The notes: generated by a model not told the origin, from the sequence alone. Counted from the stretch's first letter, positions 1 to 12,094 are shown. The stretch is 51,827 bases of DNA from Octopus bimaculoides (GCF_001194135.2 NC_069001.1:1435756-1487582); one strand, 5' to 3'. Numbers and translations: made by a program.

Positions 1-50
1 CACCACCACCACTGTATATATATGTATTTATATATATATATATAGTTTTA

Positions 51-691
51 ATCAATTGGTATCGCGACTGTTGGTATAGTAACGAAGCTAAAGCACCCGG
101 TGTGAAGCCGCTTGGCAAAGATTGACCTTGAACTCTGCAGTACGTGTGCACTAAATTTTAACGTTCTAGCTCACTTTTGCAGTTTACAGCAGTGATTGGA
201 AGGAAGGTGTGTAATATGTGATCATTGCATTGACCAGGGCAGAGAAAGTTGTCATGGCGACACCTGCTCAGAGGCCTATGCAAATTTGCCGAAAGTATAT
301 GGCGAGGAGTGTATGAGGCACACACGAGTGTCCGAGTGGTTGAGACGTTTGCAAAATGGCTGAAGAATGTCGATAGTCACAAACGTTCTCAGAGACTTGC
401 AAGCAGCAGAACTTTGCGTCGGCCTCTGAGCAGGTATCGCCAATTTTTTGGCAAAACTTATTGCAGGTTACCTGCTGCAATATGACTATCACATGCTACA
501 CGCCTTACTTCCAAGCACTGCTTGGCACCCGCCAAATTAGAAAGATCCCTGCTGAAAACAGCAGAAGTGAGCTAGAATGTTAAAATTTAGTACACATGTA
601 CGAGCAGTGTTCAACGTTAACCTGTGCCTAGCAGCTTTACTCCACGTGCTTTAGCTTCATTACTATGACAACAGTCCGGATACTTATTGAT
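51..691 (+). mobile_element. Non-autonomous mariner-derived element with ~140-bp imperfect terminal inverted repeats and an internal transposase N-terminal fragment
   Basis: 51-192 is the imperfect reverse complement of 549-691 (e.g. ACTAAATTTTAACGTTCTAGCTCACTT versus AAGTGAGCTAGAATGTTAAAATTTAGT). From 256 the interior reads GDTCSEAYANLPKVYGEECMRHTRVSEWLRRLQNG, then after a frameshift KNVDSHKRSQRLASSRT. This matches the mariner HTH and linker pattern (A-YG-E----V-EW--RF--GR-----D--RSGRP-T). TA is present on the left flank only. Confidence 0.8.
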
Positions 692-1306
692 CAGACCACG
701 TTTTTCGCGTAGCCTTCGACGAGACTGGTCATGATTCTCTGAGCTCCTTGCCTCTCTTCTCTTCATTTCCTCTCTCTCTCTCTGTCTTTCCGTTACCCTC
801 CTCCCACTATCATGTGATCTGTGATGGCCTATGGCGATGGCATTCTTTTTCGCGTTGCCTTCGACCGGACGGTTTACGATTTCCTGAGCTCCTCGCTCGA
901 CCCCTCCCGTGTTTATAGATAAAAATAAATAAACACTTTAGGACAATTTTTATTTCTCCTTCGTTCGCTTTACCCATTTTTGTCTTGTCTTGCAGCCCTA
1001 AAACATTTTTTTTGCTGCATATATGTATTACCATCGTCTTGATTGTTGTTTTCGCGTGGCCCCTAAGCCTTTATTCTGTTTTATTATTTTGTCCCTCCTC
1101 CATTCACTAACGGATTGTTATGTTTTGGTGCCATTCCCGGCGAGTTTCTTGCCGGTGCCTCCAGAGTGGAAGCAATATTATGATGGCCGAAATTGCGCTT
1201 TAATACTCTGGCCGGTAAATGAAAAGGTGTTGGTGACCATCTGTGTTTTCTGTTCGTCTGTGTATTTAGTGTATGTTTGTATATTTACTTACTACACGTT
1301 TTTTTA

Positions 1307-1348
<42 letters not shown>

Positions 1349-2464
1349 CATATTTCCGTTTGCTGTCTTTTTATCTAATCCTGAAAATTTTATTTATGTA
1401 ACGCACGCACTCATTTACTTCTTAACTATATGTATGNNNNNNNNNNNNNNNNNNNNNNNNNNNNNNNNNNNNNNNNNNNNNNNNNNNNNNNNNNNNNNNN
1501 NNNNNNNNNNNNNNNNNNNNNNNNNNNNNNNNNNNNNNNNNNNNNNNNNNNNNNNNNNNNNNNNNNNNNNNNNNNNNNNNNNNNNNNNNNNNNNNNNNNN
1601 NNNNNNNNNNNNNNNNNNNNNNNNNNNNNNNNNNNNNNNNNNNNNNNNNNNNNNNNNNNNNNNNNNNNNNNNNNNNNNNNNNNNNNNNNNNNNNNNNNNN
1701 NNNNNNNNNNNNNNNNNNNNNNNNNNNNNNNNNNNNNNNNNNNNNNNNNNNNNNNNNNNNNNNNNNNNNNNNNNNNNNNNNNNNNNNNNNNNNNNNNNNN
1801 NNNNNNNNNNNNNNNNNNNNNNNNNNNNNNNNNNNNNNNNNNNNNNNNNNNNNNNNNNNNNNNNNNNNNNNNNNNNNNNNNNNNNNNNNNNNNNNNNNNN
1901 NNNNNNNNNNNNNNNNNNNNNNNNNNNNNNNNNNNNNNNNNNNNNNNNNNNNNNNNNNNNNNNNNNNNNNNNNNNNNNNNNNNNNNNNNNNNNNNNNNNN
2001 NNNNNNNNNNNNNNNNNNNNNNNNNNNNNNNNNNNNNNNNNNNNNNNNNNNNNNNNNNNNNNNNNNNNNNNNNNNNNNNNNNNNNNNNNNNNNNNNNNNN
2101 NNNNNNNNNNNNNNNNNNNNNNNNNNNNNNNNNNNNNNNNNNNNNNNNNNNNNNNNNNNNNNNNNNNNNNNNNNNNNNNNNNNNNNNNNNNNNNNNNNNN
2201 NNNAATTCAGTAATTTTCTACAAGAGTACAAGAGGATTTCAGTAGGCTGAAGAACTTATATTTCCGAGAAATATAAGAAGCTTAACAACTAAGGAAATTA
2301 ATCCGAGAATATATGAAGAATCTTTGACAGGAACAGATTTTAAAAAAATTTTCTTCAACATTTAGGTTATCTTCAGTTTTTGGAATCTGATTATTTGTTC
2401 CAATATTTAGAATTTTTCTTAAAGAAATTCTTAAACTCATCTTCTTTTACCTCCACCCACTTTT

Positions 2465-2884
2465 GCTTTTATCTTTGCTGGTTTCAGTCATTGGATTGCA
2501 GCCATACTAAGGCAATGTCTTGAAGGCGAGAAATCAAACAAAGCAACTGCAATATTTGAGTGTCTATTAATAAATAAATTAATTAATTAACTACCTAATA
2601 ATTTTATTTATTTTCCTAAATGTGGTACTTATTCTAATGGTGTCTTTTGCTTGCTGAACTAAGTTACAGGAACATAAACAAACCAACATTGGACTGTTAA
2701 ATGATGACAGCGGACAAACACAAAGATGACACACACATATACATATGCATACACACACACACACACGTATGTACAGGGTGGGGCAGAGAGGACAGACCTT
2801 TTTGAAAAATTTGCAAAATCATTAATTTTAGCTGAAATGGGCTTGCCCCACAGAGAACATTTCCAGTTACTTTTGGGTACCCCC

Positions 2885-2936
<52 letters not shown>

Positions 2937-2937
2937 C

Positions 2938-2968
<31 letters not shown>

Positions 2969-3215
2969 GCATTTATATATGTCTATATATATATATCTAT
3001 ATCTATATATGTGTGTGTGTGTATATATATATACACACACACACACATACATATACGTGTGTGTATGGACATGACATGCTTCCACATAGTTTTTCTCTAC
3101 CAAATCCACTCACAAGGCATTGATTAGTCAAGGGGCTTTAGCAGAAGACACTTGCCCAAGGTGCCAGTGCTACACAGTGGGACTGAACCCAAACCCACAT
3201 GGCTACAAACTGGAA
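2465..3215 (-). mobile_element. tRNA-derived CORE-type SINE (octopus OR-like), degenerate, with expanded internal (TA)n/(CA)n
   Basis: The tail reverse complement (TTTCAGTCATTGGATTGCAGCC) is at 2480-2505. The head/CORE reverse complement (GAAGACACTTGCCCAAGGTGCC...AGTGGGACTGAACCC) is at 3144-3190. Same family as 16231 and 35465. Confidence 0.75.
2772..2890. mobile_element. Tiny Tc1/mariner-type terminal fragments inserted in the SINE microsatellite linker
   Basis: Starts TA-CAGGGTGGGGCA, with an inverted GTGGGGCA/TGCCCCAC pair (2778-2785 and 2844-2851). Ends GTTACTTTTGGGTACCCCCCTCA-TA, resembling a mariner TIR. Confidence 0.45.
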
Positions 3216-3964
3216 CAACAAAGAAAACACTGAGAGGTCCCATTGTTGTCCCCACCCCCTTACTGAGAGAGAGGCTCCATATTTGTCTTGTATCGGAGCA
3301 GATTCTTCGTTCTCTTGCTAAAAATAATGTCCTATCATCAGCCATCTTTGAGAGAGACATATTGAGATACAAATTCTTTGAAACAAAAAGAAAAAAAGGA
3401 AAGAAAAGAAAGAAACAATATCTGTGCCAAATCTGGTCTTGTGTTGCATGCAACTCTCTGACATTATAAATGAATCATCAACCATTAACCATTATTCGTT
3501 AATCTACATTTAGTCCTTGATATTTCTGTCTTTAATGTTCGTTAACTTGATTTTTCTGTTCTTATATTTGTTGTGTTTTTTTTTAAGTATTTTGTTGTGT
3601 TGCCGTTTCTTTTGTTTTGTTTAGTTTTCTTTTGTCTATTGTCATTTGTAAACTGTTCTGCTTCAAAGATTATGCTACCGTTTGTTAACGAAGACAGGTC
3701 ACGCTACAGTAAACACACACATGGAACTCTGCACACGAGAAACCATCAACACAGCACACAGAGAAAAGGCATACATACATACACATATATGTGTATACAC
3801 ACATGTTGGTGCATACACATTTTATATAATATATTTATTCATGTATGTATCTATATATTTATATGTGTATGCATGTATACATGAACAAGTATACATGTTT
3901 GTCTGAACATGTGTGTGTGTGTTTGTGTGTAATATATATATGTATATATATGTGTGTCTGTATA

Positions 3965-4035
3965 TATATCATCATCATCATCGTCATCACTTAACATTCA
4001 CTTCCCATGCTGGCATTGGTTGGACGATTCGACTG
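3965..4035 (-). mobile_element. 3' tail of the (GAT)n-tailed RTE-type SINE/LINE family
   Basis: The reverse complement reads CAGTCGAATCGTCCAACCAATGCCAGCATGGGAAGTGAATGTTAAGTGATGACGATGATG, homologous to 32413-32487. Confidence 0.7.
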
Positions 4036-4678
4036 GAGCCTGTAATTTCTTCTTCTCCAAGATGGACAAATTGTGCTTGGGTTCCACCAATTAACATGGC
4101 TTTGGCCTTTTCAGCACTAACCCACAAGCCACCCCAAACTGTATAGGCTACCATCATGTCCTACAGTGTATCTTTGTCATGGCTTAGTAATATCAAGTTG
4201 TCTGTGAAATCCAACTTCATCAGTTGTCTGGTCCTTGTGTTATTTCAAAACTCATACATTACTTTCCAAATGATGGAATTAATCGCTATCAGGAACAGAA
4301 ATGATGACAAGATGCAACACTGTCTCACTCCAGAAGCAATTTCGAACATATTCGTGGTTCCACTTCTTGAATTCACATAATACAGAGACTCAAATTTGTT
4401 GGGGACCCAATAGACCTTCAAGATATTCCACAGTGTACCTCGGTGGACACAATTAAATGCTTTCTTAAAGCAGGTGAAACTAATCAGCAGATGTTTTCTG
4501 CAGTATGAAGATCTGAAGATTCTGCAACATGAAGATCTGTTCCACTTTGAAAACTTGCCTGACCTCTCTCAATTCAGCGTCAATCTTTCATCTATTCAAC
4601 AGGACACTGCAAAGAACTTTGGCTGGCATGGATAACAGTGTAATTCCACACCAGTTGTTACAGTCTGATGAGATTCTT
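4036..4678 (-). pseudogene. RTE-clade LINE reverse transcriptase remnant
   Basis: Minus-strand translation across stops and frameshifts gives DCNNWCGITLLSMPAKVLCSVLLNR, FKKAFNCVHRGTLWNILK, FEIASGVRQCCILSSFLFLIAIN, LDFTDNLILLS and GLWVSAEKAKAM. These are non-LTR RT motifs (NWRGITLL, DFxKAFDSV, GVRQGCxLSP, FADD). Confidence 0.9.
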
Positions 4679-5340
4679 ACTCAAAATATTTCCATAATAT
4701 AAATCATTATAAATTTTTTGGTTTTGGGATATGAATCAAAACAATTGTAGGGATTATATTTATTTTTATATTTTAATAATATAATATTATGTTAATAAAT
4801 TAACATATGTCAGTTTAAACTCTCCACTTTCCTTTTATTATATATATGTATATTCATATGTATATGATACATATTGTATATATGTGTGTGTGTATATATA
4901 TATGCATATATGTATGCACACACATGCATATACGTGTATGTCTGAGTGAGTGTGTGTATGTATGTTTGTGGTTTCTTTCATCCATGCAAACATGCAATGC
5001 ATGCCTCAGATCTGTAAATGAATGCAATTAACAAATCCAATTTTAATATAAATCTTTCATTTTGATAAGAGACAGCAAGAAGCATGATATGACAGACATG
5101 TTATCTATGTGCCTATCTTTAATTATATGACTTGGATTATTAAAATTACATATTCCAACGTAAGTGTCAGAAGTTGTTCCTAGTATATATGTGTTTATAT
5201 ATATATANNNNNNNNNNNNNNNNNNNNNNNNNNNNNNNNNNNNNNNNNNNNNNNNNNNNNNNNNNNNNNNNNNNNNNNNNNNNNNNNNNNNNNNNNNNNN
5301 NNNNNNNNNNNNNNNNNNNNNNNNNNNNNNNNNNNNNNNN

Positions 5341-5411
<71 letters not shown>

Positions 5412-5460
5412 GAGAGAGAGATAGAGAGAGAGAGCTATACATGCACGCACACACACATAC

Positions 5461-5906
5461 GTGGCAGCAGGATTCTGCTTCTTGTCACACCTCTGGAAAG
5501 AGTCACAAGTGGTTACCAGAGAATTTCTATGACTTCACCAACCCCAACATCCGGCTCCCTATTTCTCCCGATTGTGATTCAATGGATTAATATTCATGGG
5601 GGCACGGTTGAGAAAGACACCCACCACTTTGCCTACAACTGCAAGGCTGAGCTGGTGGCCAAGATCACGGAAGTGTTTGAAGATCTTCACCAGGGACACA
5701 ATAAGAAACACGGGTGCCAGGTTCTGGAGCCATTTTAAGGCCATGGTGAAAAGCTGTGGATGGGTACTTTGAGTAAACCTTTATTTGTCAGCCATAATCT
5801 TGTTGATGTTTTTGGGATCTTTTGAAAATACTCTTATTTTGGAAGGGATACTGTGTTTTCTCTTGCTTTTATGCAAACAGTCAAATTTAGCCCCAAACTC
5901 CCTCTG
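5461..5906 (+). mobile_element. 3' part of a maT/DD37D (Tc1/mariner) transposon, pseudogenised transposase C-terminus
   Basis: 5462-5776 reads WQQDSASCHTSGKSHKWLPENFYDFTNPNIRLPISPDCDSMD*YSWG/TVEKDT...KAELVAKITEVFEDL/RDTIRNTGARFWSHFKAMV/KAVDGYFE*. There are 37 residues between the QQD aspartate and the last aspartate (DD37D). A TIR-like end follows near 5880-5906. Confidence 0.88.
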
Positions 5907-7809
5907 TGTGTGTCTATTTGTACAAGCATTAACACCAGCATGTCCTGTTCACACACACATTTCCTCTTCCTTACACTCTCACATGCAAACACACACACAC
6001 ACACACACGTATTGCACATTCACACACACACATACACAGATATATTGACACACTTGCTGTCATGCACGTTGCCACACACACATACGTACATACAAAGGCA
6101 CATATGCAAATGCATACACTGCATCTTCATAGACAGATAGACACACACACACACGCATATATATATACAGACTCATAGCACATACAAAGACACATACATA
6201 CTTATATGACATGCACATGTATACACAAAACATATATCCAAAGACAGGTGGACACCCACACATGCACATACATACTTACACGCACACACATAGACACACA
6301 CACACATACACACGTATACATACATAGGCACACCCACACAAACATGCTCAAATACAGATAGACACGCGCATACATATACACACATGGGCACACACAAATA
6401 CGCATACAGTCACATCCACGTAGTCTCACAAACAGATACAAACACATACATACAAACGCATACATGTATATAAAGACACGCACACACACACACACTCACA
6501 TATACATGCACAGGCAGACAAACGCATTCACATACACACACATCACATAGACAGATGCACACAGACCCGCACAGGCGCACACACACACAGACCCGCACAG
6601 GAGCACACACACACACACACACACAGACACGGACGGGCACATATAGACGGATGCACGCATGTGGACACACGCACACAGACACACACACATGCTCAGAGAG
6701 AGGGAGAAAGGGTGGGAGGAGCGGACAGGCAGGTCTAGAATGGTTGTGCGTGGAGAGGCCTTTNNNNNNNNNNNNNNNNNNNNNNNNNNNNNNNNNNNNN
6801 NNNNNNNNNNNNNNNNNNNNNNNNNNNNNNNNNNNNNNNNNNNNNNNNNNNNNNNNNNNNNNNNNNNNNNNNNNNNNNNNNNNNNNNNNNNNNNNNNNNN
6901 NNNNNNNNNNNNNNNNNNNNNNNNNNNNNNNNNNNNNNNNNNNNNNNNNNNNNNNNNNNNNNNNNNNNNNNNNNNNNNNNNNNNNNNNNNNNNNNNNNNN
7001 NNNNNNNNNNNNNNNNNNNNNNNNNNNNNNNNNNNNNNNNNNNNNNNNNNNNNNNNNNNNNNNNNNNNNNNNNNNNNNNNNNNNNNNNNNNNNNNNNNNN
7101 NNNNNNNNNNNNNNNNNNNNNNNNNNNNNNNNNNNNNNNNNNNNNNNNNNNNNNNNNNNNNNNNNNNNNNNNNNNNNNNNNNNNNNNNNNNNNNNNNNNN
7201 NNNNNNNNNNNNNNNNNNNNNNNNNNNNNNNNNNNNNNNNNNNNNNNNNNNNNNNNNNNNNNNNNNNNNNNNNNNNNNNNNNNNNNNNNNNNNNNNNNNN
7301 NNNNNNNNNNNNNNNNNNNNNNNNNNNNNNNNNNNNNNNNNNNNNNNNNNNNNNNNNNNNNNNNNNNNNNNNNNNNNNNNNNNNNNNNNNNNNNNNNNNN
7401 NNNNNNNNNNNNNNNNNNNNNNNNNNNNNNNNNNNNNNNNNNNNNNNNNNNNNNNNNNNNNNNNNNNNNNNNNNNNNNNNNNNNNNNNNNNNNNNNNNNN
7501 NNNNNNNNNNNNNNNNNNNNNNNNNNNNNNNNNNNNNNNNNNNNNNNNNNNNNNNNNNNNNNNNNNNNNNNNNNNNNNNNNNNNNNNNNNNNNNNNNNNN
7601 NNNNNNNNNNNNNNNNNNNNNNNNNNNNNNNAGAGAGAGAGAGAGAGGGAGAGAGAGAGGGAGAGAGAGAGAAAGCAGGAGTTTGATATATAGACAGAAG
7701 GGGAGGAGGAAACACAGAGAGAGAAACACATAGGGAGGGACAGAAAAACAGTTATAGGAATGACAGTGAGAGAGAGAGAGGAGAGAGAAAGAGAGATTGA
7801 GAATGTAAA

Positions 7810-7843
<34 letters not shown>

Positions 7844-8276
7844 CAGAGTAAATACAAACGATGGCAGAATGTTAAGACGGAAGTGATGGTGCGGAAGAGG
7901 GTGGCGTGATGGCAGACGGCGGTGATGATGGCAAGGATTACGGGGGCGGGGGAAGGGTAGTGGTCGCCAGATGAAGGGGAAGAGAATCCAGGAGAAGATT
8001 AAGTGGAATGGAGGAAAGTCACACATCCAGAAGAGAGAGAAACACACATACAGATACACACATAGATGCATACACGTGTGTGTATGAGTGTATTTATATG
8101 CATGTTGTATGTATGCATGTAATAATGATATATAGACATATATATATATACATATATATGTGTGTGTGTGTGTGTGTATAATATTCTTTCTATATATGTT
8201 AATATGTATATATATGTATACAAATGCACACACACATAAACACATATACATACATACATATATACATACATATATA

Positions 8277-8314
<38 letters not shown>

Positions 8315-8799
8315 CATACAAACATACATATATATATAATGTGTGTGTGTGTGTATGTATATATATATATATATAGTAGGTATAAACACAGTGTAGGCAA
8401 AATAATTTTAGTTGGTCTCAGCAAGATATTTCATCACCGAGAAACACAACGGCTAAACAAGGAAACGGGTGCTGACTTTATGTCCATGTGAACTAAGCAA
8501 AAAAAATGTATAAATGAATAAATAAAATAAAATAAAAAGACTCCAAACATACCACCCATAAATAAAATATGAAATATTTGCCACGAGTTATCTCAGGACA
8601 TCTGTTTCGTTGACTCTTCACCTCATCAACCACTGCTCGACTAAAGACAGTCACTTGTTTTACTGCACAATATATAGCATTTGTTGGTATCGTGATGTGT
8701 TGGTATATATAGGACTATCTGAGGAGTCCGTACGTCCTTATAATTACATTTCTGATTGGGGTGGCTAAGTGTTTATGGATATAAACAATTCCCTCGCTG

Positions 8800-9050
8800 G
8801 GTTTGCTGTGGGTGAAGAAGCTTTCTTTGTTTAACGTACATTATCGAGAAAACGGAAAGAACAATCAAAGAAACGAACTAGAAAGTCCATTTCCTCGAGA
8901 ATTTGACCGCAAATTACGATTTAAATCGCGAAAATACCTTCTTCAGGTTAAAGAACTTGAGAACTTCGAAGCTGATTTGATGAAATTATAAAAATAACTA
9001 AGCTATCGGCATAGTTATAACCCCTCCCTAAAGTCTTTAAACGGTTTTAT
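8800..9050 (+). pseudogene. Possible Penelope-like element ORF N-terminal remnant
   Basis: LRFKSRKYLLQVKELENFEADLMKL resembles the recalled YGFKSRKxPPQxxELxxFExDLxxxI segment upstream of the RT in Penelope-like ORFs. The frame breaks immediately afterwards. Confidence 0.45.
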
Positions 9051-9259
9051 GAAACAGGGAAAAATTTCCAGGATATGTTAAGTGCTTGAGAGAGCGTAAA
9101 TATCAGGTTACACATCTTAAGAAAGCTTCCAGAAGATTAATATTCTGGGCAATTGGGGTTCTAGATTGGAGGTGCAAACAGTTTGGACTTACCATGGTGA
9201 GAGGTTGACAAAAGCCTTATTGGGTAATAATAAACCATATTAGACTTTTTGGGTGATTT

Positions 9260-9999
9260 TACAAATATGGTTCGTCGAACGCAGATCCTGGTTGACAATA
9301 ATGCCTATGTCAAGTTCACCAGCAGACCTCTTAAGTTTGGTGTTGTGGAGAGATCACCCGTTTTGAACAGGGAAATAACGCTGGCAATTGCCACTGTTCT
9401 GGAGGTAAGGCAATTATGAAGACAAAAATTGGAAGAAGCTCAACAGCCGGTGTTGTAGAAAAAGACCGCTGCATTTGAGAAGCAAACAAGCGATGCCACC
9501 ATTACCAGGGAAAGTAGAATTGAATATAAACTTGAGATGGCGGTGCAGCATTGCAGAGGCAAATGTAGCAGATGTTATCGAATTTGGTGTCAGCGGCAGT
9601 GAATCCCTTACGTTTGGATTTTCAACAACTCCAAGCAGATGTATGCTAGATGTACAGATGTGATAATTATAAATGTCGCAGGAAAAATACTTTTTCCTGC
9701 AGTTGTTTCAAATTGTCACAAGAAATTATTAAAAAGCTTGAGCAAACATAAGACATCACATTGACTCCCAACTTTCGTTACCATATTTCTAACGAAATTC
9801 ACTGTCTTTTTATTTCAATTAATTTTTTTTTTAATAATTGAAGAATTTAGTAAAATAATTTTGACATTTTTAAGCTAATGTTTGAAGCATAAATTAACAT
9901 GAAACTTTGATGGAACTTTTAAAATTAAATCATTTCAAAAATTAACTTTATATCGTAGAAGTGGGGCGGTCTCAAGTAGGTCGGAATGAAAATGATTAA
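9260..9999 (+). mobile_element. piggyBac-like transposon 3' end (degenerate C-terminal Cys-rich domain plus terminal region)
   Basis: Reads NAYVKF...REITLAIA...EYKLE...RGKCSRCY (Cys at 9564 and 9573), NNSKQMYARCTD, then frameshifted KYFFLQLFQIV. This fits the piggyBac CxxC...KQxxxxCxxC...CxxCF domain. An AT-rich terminal region (9770-9999) ends in TTAA at 9996-9999, with the expected GGG end degraded to GATTAA. Confidence 0.55.
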
Positions 10000-10681
10000 A
10001 GCAGCCTATACGAAACAGGTTGTAGTCAGTCATGTTAAAAAAAAAACCACCGAAAAGTAAATAATGTGCTCCAGTTGCCATGACTGTAATAAAATCAGGG
10101 TCAATATTTTTAACGTAAGTCAAAATGTAGATCTCGACGCATAAATTATGGGCATTTAAACGCAGCCATTTTGTATCTGAATTTAAGCCTATCGTTCATA
10201 AGAAATAACATATTGTTCTTTTCTAGTTTCTAATGAATTTTACATAACTGCTCGTTGTTGGTTCGATATCTTCAGACCAGCTGGCATCTATTTTTTCATG
10301 TTACCAGACTTGACAAATGTCCATATTTGTTTATTGTCGTCTAAGCTAAAACTAACAAACTGCGTTGGCTCTCGATTCAAGGAAGATACAATACTTCGTG
10401 TGCACATTCCAGTCGTAAACCATGATGGGTTCAATAAACGATTCGATTTTCACGCCTAGCCTTATCTAGAGATAATCTAACTAGCAAGATATTTAAAATC
10501 TAGGCGGGGCGGGGAAGCAAAAAGGAAACGAGGGAGATAACTCCAGGAAAATCATTCGACTGAAATTATTTAACAATATACACCGTATATAGATGAGCGT
10601 GAATTTGGTCTTTGAAGGCAACTGTTGAACGTAACGGGCATTTTTCAAGCTAAGACACACACGCACACACACGATTGTATG

Positions 10682-10962
10682 CAGTGGCGGACTGGGTCTA
10701 AAAATATTGGTTGCCAGGAGACTAAGGGGCCCACCTACAACTACAATGCTATCATTTAATTTTTTTTTTTTGTTAAAAAGTATTCTTTACAATTGTCTCC
10801 AAACAGCCAGGCTGAAATAATTAATACATTCTTCCAGGAGTGAATAAAGAATTCTCAAACTTGAGGGGAGCGCCCTTTAGATACTAACATGGGCCCCCGT
10901 ATATGGATTCTAATGGCGCAGGGGCCCACTCGCCATTGAGCAAGCTGACCAGTCCGCCACTG
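10682..10962. mobile_element. hAT-family MITE, 281 bp
   Basis: Perfect 14-bp TIR CAGTGGCGGACTGG / CCAGTCCGCCACTG. The 8-bp flanks ATTGTATG (10674-10681) and GTCGTATG (10963-10970) match at 6/8 and differ by two transitions. Subterminal GGGGCCC motifs occur at both ends. Confidence 0.9.
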
Positions 10963-11169
10963 GTCGTATGTATGTAAAAACTTAGAGGATAATTGTAATC
11001 CAGGCTAGCAGCTCATCGACACTTCATGTAGGAACTTGACAAGCGTAGTATTCTGATAAACGAAGAAACATCGGTTAAACTCCACTTGATTACTAAAGGA
11101 AACACTTCGCAAATTACATATAACACTTGCACTCATTCAAGTGTGGGGACAGGGGAAATTCCACCTCTA

Positions 11170-11790
11170 TCTCCCACTTCAGTTAGAAACATTGAGAGCA
11201 TTGGAATGACATCTGTAACATCACATGGAACATCCTTTATATGACTCCATTTTACTTGCTTGGAGCTCATAAGCACCAGATCTGTGTCCATTAGAAACTG
11301 CATATACTCGACTAGCTTGCAGTAGCCATCAATAAGAAAAATTACTTACTTTATTGTTGCCACTAGAGGTATACCCTGTTCATGAAATTCAAACAGTTGG
11401 CCACTGGTAACTCAGAACAGCAAACTTAGGTCTTGTTGACTCATGCACAGTGGCAGGGAATATGGTTTCTGCTGTGCATAGATGTTACTGCTTAGTAATT
11501 TAACTCAAGCCAACCTTGCAAACTCATATATGTAAATTGACATAATCAAAATTGTTATCTTTCCAAGCAGTAACTGTTGTTGTTGAAATCCTACACCCTG
11601 CAGAATGTCTACCCACTGATGTCAATATCTTGCCTGCTCTACCACGTGGAGTAACAAATGTTATGAGCTGACATCATTGAAATATCACACCCTACAGAAT
11701 GCTGACAAAGTGATACCAACATCCTGTGTGTTCCCACCATGTGAATCTAACAATAAAATAACCAATGTTGCCATGGCAGCAAAAACAGTC
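11170..11790 (-). pseudogene. Highly degraded RTE-like LINE endonuclease region (tentative)
   Basis: Collinear fragments across frameshifts: FNDVSS*H (GDFNARVGSDH-like), VGRHSAG..NNN/LLL (IGRHGVG-CNSNGLLL-like), WQQ*SK..LID and ALNVSN (RLNVSKLK-like). Confidence 0.4.
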
Positions 11791-12094
11791 ATGTGATCTT
11801 AACTGACTGACAAAGGTCTAAATACACTTTCCTACATGCAATTTTTAATTCTTTCTTAAGTAATCTCCAGTTTATCTTTGAACATCTGATGATGTGGACA
11901 CGTCCTATGCCCATGAAACTTTTGGCAATGTGGAGCTGTTTTGAACTGATAATAAATACACGTAACACCAAGTGTGTTCTACTTTCTTTTGTTTGTTCAA
12001 TCACTTCTGTTTTCTCTTTTGATGAGTGCCAACGTACGAAACTCTCAAACCTTGAGTCACTCTCTTACTTCTGCCAAATATTAATAAAAATATG

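Noticed and set aside
1422-2245. Long ORFs made of X (also at 6410-8389, 12315-13161, 31246-32405, 39064-40420, 40532-42018, 47532-48485 and 49248-49941)
   Set aside because: They are open only because they span N gaps.
3152-3469. 105-aa ORF with a basic RKKGKKRKK patch
   Set aside because: The start lies inside a SINE, the basic patch is an A-rich tract, there are no convincing splice sites and I recognise no family.
5850-8400. Many [20 protein letters not shown] ORFs here and throughout the window
   Set aside because: Translations of dinucleotide and tetranucleotide microsatellites, with no protein-like complexity or splice context.
9260-9410. RSPVLNREITLAIATVLE followed by GAG|GTAAGG, superficially like an iGluR S2 exon
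   Set aside because: There is no acceptor with a pyrimidine tract, and in-frame stops flank it. The downstream Cys motifs and terminal sequence fit a piggyBac remnant better.
8585-10543. 10-bp inverted repeat GAGTTATCTC/GAGATAACTC possibly bounding the TE mosaic
   Set aside because: Too short to be significant, with no TSD or extension of the match.
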